From Callorhinchus milii (Eukaryota), in contig NW_024704743.1 in assembly GCF_018977255.1 (NCBI RefSeq), positions 48,610,001-48,674,000 on the forward strand: a DNA stretch of 64,000 nucleotides, given 5' to 3'. This document shows positions 39,773-54,206 of this stretch, in pieces. The stretch's first letter is position 1; each line of letters begins with the position of its first letter. A program made the translations under genes and the position numbers. A model generated the notes under the pieces. The model did not search any database and was not told the DNA's origin. It worked only from the letters and a program-made list of their open reading frames with translations.

Positions 39773-41304
39773 TTAAAAGAAAAGCATATTGTTACATATT
39801 AGCATTTTAATCACTTTGTATGCATGACCTTCAGCAGAAATAAACATACTCCATCCATCCATAGACCAAAATGTTATAAATATTGATAGCATCTGATTGA
39901 TAGCACCCAGTTAACTTTCTTTACCATAATTAATAAATAATTAATACCATGATCCATGTATTTGGATGGAGAAGAACCCACATACCATACCCAAGCATTA
40001 GTTTGGTGCATTAGACTAATTACTTCCTTTTCAGTTATTAATTTTGATTAATTTACTTACACTGGTTACAGAAGCTTAAATGTTATAGAACCTTACATAA
40101 ATGGTCACGATGCATTCACCATTAACAGTAAGAAGCAAATTAAGAAATGGGAGCCAGTCTTCACACCTGATCCAAATCCAGACTAGATTCAGGAGCTGGG
40201 TTAAAGTTCTAATGGCTGAAAGCACCTAGAGCGCATGGGATATTACTAGCCTAATTCAATTCCCTATGAATATCAGTTTCATGGGACAGAATGCAGTTCA
40301 AAAGAATGGTCAATCGCATTTAGAACCCGTGACAACATCTGATAAAGTGAAAACATTTACATTGATACAGGTCAGAGAATATTTCTTAAAGCAGACCAGT
40401 GAGATTTACTCATCTCACCCACTCTAAATTCTACCCTTAAACCTACCTCTTCAACTGCAGCTATAGTCACCACCACCCACTAACCCCCAGTTCGGTGCCA
40501 CTGTGCAATGCTCCGAGACAGTATCCTGTGTGTAAGGCACTATATATATAATATATGTATGTGTGTGTGTATATATATATAAAAATGGCTGGTATATTTT
40601 ATAATATAAATATATATATACAAATATGTAAATTGATGTTGTTTACTGTTTTGTCCCCCTTTGTTTTGGATAGGTATTGGGCACCTGACATAGAAACCTT
40701 TACATTTGACACTGACCAACTAATTTTTCACAAGCACAATTTTTATCAAAACGTTTATTATGTTCTCATGCAAGAGACATTTTGGAACAAATCACTGTTT
40801 TGAAAAAATGGTTGGTATATTTTATAATATAAATTTAAGCTTATTATTACACTTAACTTTACAAATTTAAAATGAAATTCAGAATTTTTCCTACCCCATA
40901 TGGACCCAAGAAGTTTTGAGGAAAGATGAGAAAAGAAATAGAGCTGGATGAATCAATATTCAAGCTACGTATTAACCTAGCAAATGTTTAAAATACAGAA
41001 CTTACATTTTCTTGAATTCTTGGAAGAGGGAAAGGAATGTTGAGAAATTTGTTTGGTTTAGATTAGTTATCAAAGACAGCTGCACAATCTATTCTAGTGG
41101 TTACCAATGCCAGTCTGGACTGAAACAAAACCCTTCTGTACTCAATCACAATAACTCGCATTTCTAAGATGCCAGCCATGAGAAAGAAAAGCTTTTAAGC
41201 AATTTACAGAATGAGACTGAAGTTAAATAAATCTTTTGCAGGCCACCATGTTGGACCTAGCAATGTCTTGTACGACTGAATTTGGAAGAATGGTTTGGAA
41301 TATG

Positions 41305-41472
41305 TTATATTCAAGACTGAGATAGATAGATTTCTTATTGCAAACGGGATTAAGGGATATGGGGTAAGGCAGGGTTAGGTTATCAGCTGGAGTTAGATTA
41401 GAAGATCAGCCATAATTGAATGGCAGGGCAGGCTCGAAGGGCCGAATGGCCTACTCCTACATGTTATGTTAT
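41305..41472 (+). mobile_element. CR1 3'-end fragment of the same subfamily as 25891-29195
   Basis: Closely matches the reverse complement of ~25891-26065. Confidence 0.85.
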
Positions 41473-41550
41473 GGAAGGAAAAAGAGCAACAAAAGTTTCA
41501 ACGAAATAAAAATACTAATTTGCAAACACAAATTTACTGAAAATACTTAC

Positions 41551-41716
41551 TGGATCTTTTTTCTTCTTTGGCTTGTTTTCTTCATTTTCAGTTTCAGAGA
41601 GAGATTTTCTCTTGAATCCATCAGTTCGTTCTTTGGTGGCCTTCTGTGAATCCAAAAACTCCTGAATTAGCTCCGGGCAGTCCAAATTGTCTTCGGGTTC
41701 CCAAGTATTGTCAGCA
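41551..41716 (-). CDS. CBX3: CBX3 coding exon 2 (166 bp)
   Basis: [55 protein letters not shown], with the hinge KRKS; AG/GT bounded. Confidence 0.96.
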
Positions 41717-42185
41717 CTGAAACAGTTTTAATTAATTATATAATCAATATTCACACTGGCTCAATAAGAGGAAACAATGTAATATGTTTAAATGCTTTAC
41801 AGTTGCATTTTAGAAGTCCAGTTACTAAATTAGATGATAAGTTAGGTCCAACAAATATGCAAATATCTGGAAACATAAATGCAAGTGGATTCCAATAAAA
41901 AACGTATTTTGTATAGTACTCAAATGTACATTTCTCTAAGACTGAATATTGTATAATAGTTATGGCATCCACGTTTGGAATTTCTCCTCACACCAATCAC
42001 AGATTTCTGAACTACATATTGGTTATCCTTTACATTTTCACACCTTACTAGGATAATACTTGGAAGGTGTTTCTAGTAACAATTCAGTTATGATTAATCC
42101 AACACTACTGCCATAAGATGTGTTTCAGTTAAATAATAATAATACTTGCATTTGATATGATAAAGTACAACATCCCAAATCTACT

Positions 42186-44800
42186 AGTGGCAGAGAGCCC
42201 AGCGGAGCAAGGACGGACTTGAGTTAGGACAGAACAGAATGGGAATTCTGTGCAGGAATTTGGTGAGAGTGGGAATTTGGTGCAGAAGGGAAAAGAGGTG
42301 CATAATTATAAAATATAATATTGATATTAAAATAATATAAAACACGTCTGGAAATATGGCGGGGCAGCTGAGACCAGTTGCAAGCACAATGTGTGCCATG
42401 TGGGAACTCCAGGTTTCTTTGTGTGCCCTGGATAAACATGTGTGTAGGAAGTGCCTCCGGCTGCTCGAGCTTGAGCTCAGGGTTTCTGAGCTCGAGGAGA
42501 GGCTGGTGTCACTACATAGCATACGGGAGGCTGAAGAATTCATGGATCAAACATTTCAGGAGGTAGTCACCCCTCAAGTGGGGCAAGCGGAGCAGGTTTC
42601 AGTAGGAGAGCATCTGGACAACAGTGATCATTAGGTTTAGAGTACTTATGGAAACGGACAAGGAACAATCAAAGGTGAAAATACTCAATTGGAGAAGAAG
42701 GCTAATTTCAGTGAGTTATTGACAGGTAAATCAGCTAACGAGCAAGGGAAGCCTTCAAGGAGGAGATAGTTCGGGAACAGAACAAATACATTTCCACAAA
42801 GCGGAAAGGTAGGGCATCCAAACCTCGCTGGATGACTAAGGAAATTAAGATTTAAATAAAACAGAAAAAGGAGGCTTTTGATAAATGTCAAGTCCAAAAA
42901 TACAGAAAATAATCAAATAGAATATAGAAAGTACGGAGAACTGAAAAAGGAAATAAGAGGGGCAAAGAGATTGTATGAGAAAAGATTAGAGGGTAACATA
43001 AAAGGGAACCCTAAGGTATTTTTACCAATATATAAAGAATAAAAGATTAGTCAAAGGTAGGGTGGCACCAATTAGGGACCAAAGAGAAAATCTTCTTGTG
43101 AAGGCAGATGGCATGGCTGATGTACTGAATGAGTATATTGCACCTGTCTTCGCAAAAAAGGATGCAGCTAAACACCACAGTATCAAAGGAGAGGATAACA
43201 AAATTGCATAGAATAAAAATAAACAGAGAGGAGTTACTAAAAAGATTGATGGTGCTCAAGGTAGATAAGTCACCCGATCCAGACGGGATGCATCCTAGGT
43301 TACTGAGGAAAGTAAGGGTGGAAATAGCGGAGGCTCTGGCCACAACCTTTCAATTCTCCTTGGACACCGGGGTGGTGCCAGAGGACTGGAGGGTTGCAAA
43401 TGTTACTCCCCTGCACAAAAAGGGGCAGAAGGATAAACCTGGGAATTAGAGGCCAGTCAGCCTAACATCAGTAATGGGGAAACTTCCAGAGACGCTAATC
43501 AGGGACAAAATAAATTTTCACTTAGAAAAATACAACACAAATTTGTTAAAAGGCAAATCGTGTTGAACAAACCTGATAGTGTTTTGATGAAGTAACGGAA
43601 AGGGAAGATGAAGGTACTGCAATTGATGTAGTTTATATGGATTTGCAAAAGGCGTTCGATAAAGTGCCACACAAGAGACTTGTAAACAAAATAGAAGCCC
43701 ACAATATTAAAGGACAGTGGTAACATGGATACAGAACTGGCTAGGAGACAGAAAGCAGAGAGTGGTGGTGAACGGTTGTTTTTCCGACTGGAGGGAAGTG
43801 TGCAGTGGCATCCCCCAGTGGCCAGTTCTAGGCCCACTACTCTCTTTGATCTATATAAATGACCTAGAATTGGGTATAGGGAGTACAATTTCCAAGTTTA
43901 CAAATTATACCAAGCTAGGAATAGTATATGGTGAGGAGGATAGTAACAGACCGCAAGAGGACATAGACAGACTGGTAAAATGGGTAGACATGTGGCAGAT
44001 GTGGTTAATGTGGAGAAATGCAAAGTGATGCAGTTTGGGAAGAAGAATGAGGAGACGCAATATAAACTGATGGCACAATCTTAAAGGGGGTGAAGGAACA
44101 GAGAGACCTGGGCGTTCATATAAGTAAATCTTTGAAGGTGGCAGGGCAGGTAGATAAAGCTGTTAAAATAGCACACGGGATACTAGGCTTTATAAATAGG
44201 GGCATAGAATACAAAAGTCAGGAAGTTATAATGAACCTTTATAAAATACTGGTTAGGCCTCAACTGGAGAACTGTGTTCAGTTCTGGGCACCACACTTTA
44301 GGAATGATGTCAAGGCATTGGAGAGGATGCAAAGAAGATTCACCAGGATGGTTCCAGGAATGAGGGACTTCAGTTATCAGGAGAGACTAGAGAAGTTAGG
44401 ATTATTCTCTTTTGAGCAGAGAAGGTTAAGAGGAGTCTTAATAGAAGTTTTCAAAATTATGAGGGGATTCGATAGGGCGAACAAGGAGAAACTATTTCCA
44501 CTGGTGGGTGGGTCGGTAACCCGAGGACATCAATTTAAAATAGTTGTTGAAGGAAAGAGGGGAAATTAGATTTTTTTTACGCAGCAGGTTGTTCGGATCT
44601 GGAATGCATTGCCTGAAAGGGTAGTGGAAGTCAATTTGATAACAACATTTAAGAGAAGTAGATAATAACTTGGGGAGGACAGGTTTGCAGGGCTACGGAG
44701 TGCGGAGGAGTGGAATTGATTTGGAAAGCTTTTTTTTTGAAGAGCCGGCAAAGACACGATGGGCCGCATGGCGTCCTTCTGTGCTGTATAATTCTATGAT
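42186..44800 (+). mobile_element. CR1 LINE with 5' UTR and ORF1 start, a large internal deletion and decayed RT, in a CBX3 intron
   Basis: The ORF1 zinc-finger/leucine-zipper part (CAMW..HVCRKC..LELRVSELE) is joined near 42610-42630 to ORF2 after the endonuclease. KSPDPDGMHPR, GIPQWPVLGP and CVQFWAPH; tail ..CCTTCTGTGCTGTATAATTCTATGAT. Confidence 0.92.
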
Positions 44801-45365
44801 ATTAACCTGCATATTAACATGAATTTCATATCCATGAATATCATATAAGTTCAGAGATGCAAACAACAATTAACTTAAGACTTGTAATAAATTCCATTTA
44901 TCAGCACATATAATGCATAAAACACTCAAAATGGCCCCTCAATCAGTTTTACAGTCAAATTGTTTTTATGAAAACAGATTCTGAAATGTTTATTTTTGTT
45001 GTGACATTCTAGAAACTGATGTTGGCTATTACTAATTTTCAAAGGATCTATGAGGCAACAATCCAATACTCATGTACAAAATACAAAAGTTGAATTATTG
45101 GTTTACCAACCAACCTTCAGGAAATGTTTACATTAGATTTTGGTGAAGATTTACTTAAGTGATATCTAACTGGATTCTTTACATTTCCACAGATGTCAAT
45201 GCCTTCAGCATACCATAATAGATTACTAGTTCTACAGTTTCATAATCAGATGAACTAAGCTGCTATGCATAGCAGGTTACATAGTATGTAAGTGCAAATA
45301 TTACCAAACGCACAAGGAACCAGGCAACCTGACAATTTTGTTTATTGGAGCACCAACTCAACATT

Positions 45366-45687
45366 AATAATAATAATAATAATAATCCTTGCATTTGATA
45401 TAGCGCTTTTCACGTCAGGAGGACGTCCCAAAGGGCTTCACAGAACACACTGTAAAGTGAATTGACTGCATATTTGTGGGCGAACGCGGCAGCCAATTGC
45501 GCAGAGCACTGTCCCACAAACAGTCGTAGATTGAAAATGACCAATTTATTATTGTTTTTGGTTTTGGAGGGATTATTATTAGGCGTGTGGAGTAAGGAAA
45601 CTTGCCCAAGATTTCGCCCTGCCTGGAATTGAACTCAGATCTCTTGCTTGCAAAGCGAGTGCTCTAACCACTGAGCTACAGGACTCC
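45366..45687 (-). mobile_element. Young tRNA-derived SINE (short subfamily)
   Basis: Reverse-complement match to 29419-29734. Confidence 0.93.
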
Positions 45688-46358
45688 AAATTAATTTTAA
45701 CATTAATGGCATATTAAGCACCACTTAGAGAGTTCCAGATTTTGGTTGTTGCCTCCGGTCATACAGTGAGAAAATAGGAGTGCCTCCATTATGCCACTTG
45801 CTCTATGTGGACAGCAAATAGCAGCAGCAAGCCAAACACCCAGCTGATCCTTAAGATACAAAAGAATAGCAAAGAGGGAAGAAAAAGAGATGAAAACTAA
45901 GCAGAATTCTTACACCAATCTCATCATTCCGCAAAACCAGATCAATTCCAGAGGTAAAACTTCTGGAAGTTGTACACGAAAATACGACTCCGGTACTGTA
46001 TAGCCAATTACACATATAAATTCCTAAAAACATTAAAAATGTTATCTTGGACATTATAAATGAATATAAAACATTAAGAGGCACCATCTTATTTCAGCAA
46101 TGGAGCAACCAGGTTAAAGTCTTATTCCTCCCAGTATATCAATTTCTTGCTTTGCAGAATGCCAGAGGTTTAAATTTCACTAAAATTGTATTCAAACCAT
46201 ACTCACCATTAGCTAATCTAAGATGAAACAGTGACAGGACGCTAGATAAAGGCATTAAATTTGGCCTTTTCATTTTCCTTCCTTTTTATTTTGGCTAGTC
46301 CCTCTATTCATATCCTACAATTCCCCCACTTGAATATTATACACGTTGACACATACAA

Positions 46359-46715
46359 TAATAATAATTCTTGCATTTGATATAGCATCTTATCAAGTTT
46401 TCGAGACATCTCAAAGCGCTTCACAGAATATACTGTAAAGTGAATTGACTATATTTTGTGGGCAAAACGTGGCAGCCAATTGCGCACAGCAGTGCTCCAC
46501 AAACAGTTGTGCATTGAAGGACCAATTTATTATTATTTTTTGAAGGAATTATTACCCCCGGAAAAGTGATCCGCCAATCGACAAACAACCAGGTTCCTAG
46601 TTACTGAAGCATATGGCGTAAGGAAACTTACCCAATATTTTGCCTTGCCTGGGAATCAAACCAAGGTCCTCTCGCTTGCGATGCAAGTGTTCTAACCACT
46701 GAGCTACAGGACTCC
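46359..46715 (-). mobile_element. tRNA-derived SINE (long subfamily)
   Basis: Head, extra central segment, Deu-like block and tail. Confidence 0.88.
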
Positions 46716-47833
46716 ATTAGGCTCGAGATTCCAGTTGGCTCAGCTATAATCAAATATCCGCTAACACCACTAACACTAACAGTCTAAACTGACAAATTGA
46801 ACAGCCATTTAGGCAAAGGCACCAAATTAGTCAGCCCTTGTGAAAGCAATCTTCACAAATCACTATCTATGTAATGGGATGGGCGGTAGGATAAAAGGAA
46901 AGCTCTTTACTTCTTTCTCATACAGTATCTTAGGTTTTGCATCACTTCCTCCAAAATGTGATCAGGGAACCCTTCTCAAATGCTTCATGAAATACCAGTC
47001 TTTAGGCTGCCAGCAGCAGATATGATTGGAGCGCTCTTGTGTATTCAGTACAATCTTTGGGACGTCTAGAAGAGGCGATAAGTCACTATATCAAATGCAA
47101 AGATTATTAATCCCTGGAAAGTGGCAAAGACCAGAACTCACAATCTGGAACATTATAAAATTGGCTACGTTACTCAGAACTCAGTGGCACATGCTGGCAT
47201 CTGAGAAACATTCAATTCAATTTGTATTGAATCTCTATTAGAGATGTACTAGCTAGGGCCCAATGATACATTAAGCGGAAACCACTGATGTTACAGAGCT
47301 CCAAATACTTCAACAGTGCAGACTCTTAATTATTTTAACAATTACATTATGAGAAGTTAAACTATGTTGTTGCTCTCTGCAAAAAGACTTAAATTGGCGA
47401 AGGCAAGTTTTTTAAAAAAAAACTAAAATATTGACTTCCATAAAGTTTAAGTTAACTTTTGGAAATTAACTTTTAAACTCATTAGAACACAATAGTTTTC
47501 CAAATCTAGCAACTAGATGCAACAGAAACCTGTAGGAAATTTGTTATCATCAGGCTTGCACAATGCATAGTACAATGATTGATGTCAAATTGCAGGTCTA
47601 CCAAAGAAGCCAGCAAGAGACTAGTCATTTAATTGCATTTATTTGAGAAGGTGAGATATCTTTAATATAATGGTGGCCATTGTTTATCTTAAATATGTCA
47701 CTCAAATTAAACATCATCACGTCTAATTTTATTTCAGAGCTTGAGAAGATATTTCAGAGAGCGAAATTTCAACACAAAAACACAACCGATTCACACATCA
47801 CTAAAAAGGTCACCTCTGCAATACATCTGCTTA

Positions 47834-48073
<240 letters not shown>

Positions 48074-50097
48074 TCACATTGGCTCCCCATTGAGATTTCA
48101 ATAAACACCCCAGTTCTCCCATTATTAGTTGTTCCACTGAGTGGAACAAGTGCTCCACAAGAAAAGCTGTGACGAGGTTCTCCACTCATCAGTGTGGCCG
48201 TAAACTATATAGATAGCCTTTGATGCAATGTTATACGCAGACAATCAGCAACACTTGTGGGTAAATCCTTACGCACAAGAACAAGCGTGTACCAGCTGCT
48301 ACATTGCAAATCTCCATGAATGTGTGAGGTATGCAGACATCAATTAAGGGTGTCATACAACAACAAAATATGGAAAAAGTAAACAAGCACAAAATCACTT
48401 AAATTTGAAAACAAAACATTGGATTTTTAAATTTTATTGACATGGGGTGACTTTAAGATAGTTTGGATAATTAGATATATTTTTTTCCATCCCAGTCTCT
48501 TGGAGGGACATTTGCAGGGAGGCAAATGTTTGACTAAGAGAAATGTTTTAAAACATACAGGAGCGCTCTATTTCAAGTACTAGCTTTAACAGTTTTGTCA
48601 CTTCTACAGACCCTGGAAAAAGAAGGCTGTAAATCTATCTTCTTCTAATACTAATAAAGATGTAATGTCTGTGTGTATATATGTGTGACAGCCAAGAACT
48701 GAATAACTGATTATCGCAGAGACATGATTTGTACCTCACTGGATGGAGGAAGGGGGGGTGGAGAGGTCATAGGCATATATTTTTGGGGGTATTCCCTACC
48801 GCTGATGAGCTATGACCTAAGCAAAAGCTAATCACACATTTATGGCAGTTACACGTATGCTGCAGTCACACCTGGTGGCCACACCGACTCCCAGTGGTGC
48901 TGTGGCACGCGGCCCGCACTCAGACGAAGTGAAGCAGCGGGAACAAGATGGCGGTGGTAAGGTGGCTTTTCCTGCTGCTCCTGGGCAGCACCATATCGGA
49001 GTTGGGCCAGTGGAGGGTGATGGTTGGCTCAGTAAGGCCTGTGTTTCTGTCCTCCAATAACACAACAACCGATTGTCGTAGAAACACGATTTATACCTCA
49101 TCGGAAAGGTGTAACATGGAGGAGTATCATGGGCATATTGTTTGGGGGATATCTCCTAACGTTGGTGAGCTAGGACCTAAACAAGCTCATCACACATGTA
49201 TGGCAGTTTTGCTTAAGGTATGCACACAGGGTTGATGGAATGTAAACCAATTTGTGAGTAGTATCACTGAAAATGGCAGCTCTAAAAATGAGCATACAAA
49301 AATTATGAGGTCAGTATCTACAATCGATTTGCTTAAGGTGTACACACAGTATTTATGACATGTTAAATGGTTTATAAGTGGTATCACTGAAATCTACATT
49401 CCATATTGGGGATCCTTTGGTTGCAAGCGTAGCTGCAACGGGTACACCTAGTAGAGAGTATAAAGAGGACACAAATTTAGGATTATGGAGGGCAATTGTA
49501 GAACAGACAAGAAAGTATTTCTTCATAAAAAGATTCATCAAGAATTGGTATGCGTTAGAAAAAATAGTGGTGGAAGTCAAGAAACTGGACTCTGCATCTC
49601 GTGTCCTCTCTAACACCAGGCTCCGTGAGGCCATCAACCCCACTCTCGCCCGGCTCCACTGGTTAAGGGCCTTGCTCCTCCCTACCACTACGACCTGCTA
49701 ACCTCACATCAATCTGTCCGCTCCCTCTTCTCAGCAGGCTGTGGCCTGATCTACGTTCCACTGCCCCAACGTCAACGGTCAGGATTTCACCGTTTCTGCC
49801 TCCACCCTATGGAACTCCATCCCACATTCCCTTTGCCTTGCTCTCTCGCCTTCTTCAAGGCGCATCTCAAAATCCTACTCTTCGACCACCTTCCTACTCC
49901 CCCTGCCCTAAACCTCCCCAATCCCGATCCCCAGCTTAGATCCAAATCCCTGACTGTTACTAACCTGTTTGATGAAACGTATAACTTTTGATATGCATTT
50001 TCCTTAATAATCTTTTATTACATTTTACTATTTAAAACAAAACTTGTGTCGGTGCTTACTTCACTGTAGGGTCATAAATTTATTTAACCCTTACAAT

Positions 50098-50115
50098 TGG
50101 TGCCAGAACAGGCAC
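50098..50115 (+). promoter_or_regulatory. Primer-binding site, tRNA-Lys(UUU)-like
   Basis: TGGTGCCAGAACAGGCAC, 2 nt after the LTR end CCCTTACA; 15/18 identical to the Lys3 PBS TGGCGCCCGAACAGGGAC. Confidence 0.8.
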
Positions 50116-53100
50116 CCTGTTGTGTTGAAGTTGGACAAATACAAATTTTAATGGAATGCAAGTTTAGAAATTGAGTATTTGTTTTAAGTTGATGAGTTAC
50201 ATTTAGTGAGTTGGTGGTTGATCGTTGGTTTGTGTGCCAGTTACATTGAGACATGGTGGATTAATCGTTCAAGTGGCTGATTATTCCCGGGGGCTTCCTG
50301 GGCTCCATTCTCTTACTCCTTATTAAATCTTTGTTTGAAAAGGAAAGGAGAAAGATGTTAGAGGTAGAAGTCAAAGTGAGGGAACTTGAACTTTAGGATG
50401 CCTTGGCTGAGATTCAGTTACACCGAGATACCATCAGCGAGCTTAGGGATATTATGGAAATAGAGGAGAGGAGACTGCAATATTGCAACAAAAGAATACA
50501 CAGTTTAGAAGTTCACACCAAATATTATCAGGTACAGGCAACTGATATTATGAGGCAAGCACGGGAAAGGGGTGACAAGAAAAATGAATCGTTCAGAAAT
50601 ATGGAATAATTTATGGAACAATATGTATCTGGAGAAGACAGGTTTGCAGGGTTATGGGTAGAAAGCTGGTGAGTGGGGTTAATAAAAGTCAGTTGCTCTG
50701 TCAGAGAGCCGGCACAGACTCGATGGGCCGAATGGCCTCCTTCTGTGCCGTAACATTCTATGATTCTATGAACTTAAAAACAGAACAGTAATTTAAAAGC
50801 CGAAATTAGAATGCAATTAGCACTGGCAAAAGCCACAAAAGGGGATCCTGTGTCACATAGTGTCTATCGAAAAGAAATAGAAAAGCTTAAAGCTCAACTA
50901 TCAGTAAGGAGAGGTATTATTTGTTCTATGAGACAAACAGAATGAGGATGATCCAGTGGATTGGGGGAATTGAATGATGAAGCCTATCACTATAAGAATG
51001 AGGATGACTATCCTGTGCATGGAAATCAAAAAGTCATAATAACTGGTCCTTTCCAATGTTCCCTATGATACAAACAAAGGTGTAATTTGACAATGGAAGA
51101 GGCAGAAAAGGCTAAGGTACGAATACCTTATGATGCAATACAATTACAGGCAATGGCCAGTTTATTGCTGAAATTTGATGGAAAGCAGGATGTTTATGAA
51201 CATTTTAATGAGGTTGCTCTTAGCACAAGGAACACGGTGGTTTCTTTGGGAAGCGAGTTGATCCTGTTCATTCCTTTACTTGCTACAGGTCTTATACTTT
51301 GATTCTCAATCTGTTTTACCCATATATGGTTAAGGCATGACCCAATACACAAAGTTCAAGCACCAGACATTTTGTCATCAACAATTCCTCCTCGTCTATT
51401 TTGTAACTAGATTCTCAGACTACTTATATTTAGTGTTTTTTTTACCTTGATTGTTTTCTCACAATGCCTCTGCTTAATTTAAACACTCCCTTTCAATCCC
51501 TTAATTGCTGCTATCTTCTTTGATCTAATATTATTTAAATATCTGCAGAATAACACAAAACCGTAGTTCAGCAGATAAGAAACTGACGAGATCAGTCCCC
51601 AAGGAATCAGCATTGTTTGGGAAACTGGGATTGATGAGATCAATCCCAGTTTCCAGAACCAAAGAAGAACATAGATTTGGATAGATCTTTTCAAAGAGCT
51701 GGCACAGACATGATGGGCTGAATGGCCTTCTTCTATGCTGTATAATTTTATGATTATATCCTACACATGGCTGCATAAAAACCATGAACTTATGGTATGA
51801 TCCAGGGACACGCCTTGCAGATGTCATATCCAAAATTACGCTATTCTGGGAAACACCCTAGAATAAAGTAAGCCCCAGAAAACATAATGGCGGTTAGCTA
51901 GCTAAAGGGCAAGGACAAATTTGAAAATCAGAATGATCAAGAATGTTATTTTGCTAACAATCTCTGGAAGTTGAATTGAGATGTACCTCAGGGACAGTAT
52001 AGAGGTGGTCATACTAAATGGAAAGGATGCCGCAATGGATTCACATATGGAGAACTGTTAAAGGAATACAGGCTCCAAAATACAGCAGGGAACTAAAGTG
52101 CCGGACAGCTGCCAAGGCTTCCCCGGATCGCAATGAGATTCCCTGGCCTCTGTGGGGTACACTGCAGCCCTTCGGAAGGATATTTGGGGAAGGCCAACAG
52201 TCACAGCATGATTTTGAGATCACTCTGCATATTATTGGTTGACTCAGATACCTCCCTAACTGTTCTCCGAAACGAGCAACCCAAACAGTCACACTACTCC
52301 TCAGCTAACGTTTTCCCCTACAGGAAGTGTAACTGAAGTGTGACTGAACAGTCCACGAGAATACCTCAGCACTTATGGTTGGATGATATGTCCATATCAG
52401 AACTGCAAGGTATTACCCTTGAAAATACGTTACACGATATTAAGATGAGTGCAGTAATTGATTCAAAAAAATCACAAAAAAAGCTTCTGGGTATTAAGAT
52501 TCTGTAATTAATTTTTTTTACCAAAGGAACCATCTTGCAAAAGACATTAGGTGAAAATCACCTGACAAACTCTATAACCAGAGATTGATTCAGAAGAAAG
52601 AATTGAAGGAGGACTCAAATTGGACATGCCATAATAGAATTTGACGTGTTATGATGCCTGGATACTTTTGAATGAATACCTGAGCACAAGGTATTACCCT
52701 TTCAAAATTGTGTAAAAGACGTCAGTATAAGATTTAGCGTAAGCTAGGAGCAATGGAAATTTTCAAAAACAAGCAAACAAAGTGAGGAATGTTTTTTTAT
52801 GTTTATGTAATTTATGTGTTTTACAAAAAAGGAACATGGTGGGCCCAACTTTGCTCCTGATGCAGAGTATAGCCAGATCCCACCCATGTTCCATAATCTT
52901 TGATCAATTTAAAGTATCAGCCGGTGGTAGGTCCGACTTTGCTCTGGACGTGAAGTACAAGCCGGATCCTATCCACGTTCCATATGTACTGAATAATAGC
53001 AAAGTGAAAGATAAACAAAGTGAGGAATAGTTAAAGAATATGGGGGTCTGCATAGAATTACGGATAAGACCAAATAATTTGGGACACGTGACATGCGCTC

Positions 53101-53601
53101 GGAACAAAGTAGAGTAAACATTGACAGGCATAAGTACACTAATCAATAATGTCAAATACATTTATATTTTAGCAGTTTTTAATTGTTATATATGTTAGTG
53201 TCAATTATCTTAATATTTATTTTATGTATCATTTATTTTGTGTATTCCACCATATAATCAAAATGATGTTTATACAAATTAAATATGGATACATTTATTT
53301 GGAATTTTAGAAGATAATTTGAAAGTGTGCCCATAAAAACACCCACAGAAGTAATATTTTAATTTTTGTAATAATACAATAAGTATAACCATGCTAATTT
53401 ATATAATAATTAATAATGAATTACTCTAATTGTTGGATTATGCATCAGATAAAAAAGATGCAAAATGTTTTTATGAACAATTAAGAATCATAAAAATGTT
53501 AAAATAGTTTGGATATCGAATGCGGTGAAAGAGATGAGTACCGATTTTACATTAATAAAAGTGGCTTTACATTTGTAAACTTAACTCACTTAAGGGTAGA
53601 C

Positions 53602-54206
53602 TGTAAGGTTCTGTAATTAATGTGTTAAATAATATCTCAAATTATATTAGCAATGTTTATATTTTTGAGACATATGATCAATCTCATATGATGGGAGCTG
53701 GTTGTGAATAGCAGAAGAAACAAGACTGTTTATAAACAAACTGTTTTCAGTCCTTTTCTCATGGAAAAATGGTCTGCACCTGGAGAGACCCATGTTGTTT
53801 TTTTAAAACAAAGGAACCATCTTGCAAAAGACAACAAGTGATAGGTGAACTGTATAAACGGAGATCGATTCAGAGAGAATCAGAAGAATTGAAGGAGAGG
53901 GATCGAATTGGACATGCCATAATACCTGGATACGTTTGGGTGATTGAACTGAGAAACATACAACAATACTTGAATACCCTTTGATGGACATATATATATA
54001 TATGGATTAAAAAGGACACATTAAATTGGACATTGCTCCTCTTATCTCTTCTGCAGCATTTGGTTAGGTCAACTTAAATTGTTGTGAACTATGCGTTGAT
54101 ATGTAAGCATTATTGTGATGTATTCTTTTAAACATCTATATTTTTGTACATTTTTGTGTCTGTCCTTACTTCACCGTAGGATCACAAATTTAAATGAACC
54201 CTTACA
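53602..54206 (+). repeat. LTR of a related element 'B' (605 bp)
   Basis: Perfect TGTAAGG...CCTTACA termini, preceded by the purine-rich AAGGGTAGAC; its U5 end resembles that of LTR A. An internally deleted copy lies at ~52493-52705. Confidence 0.82.
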
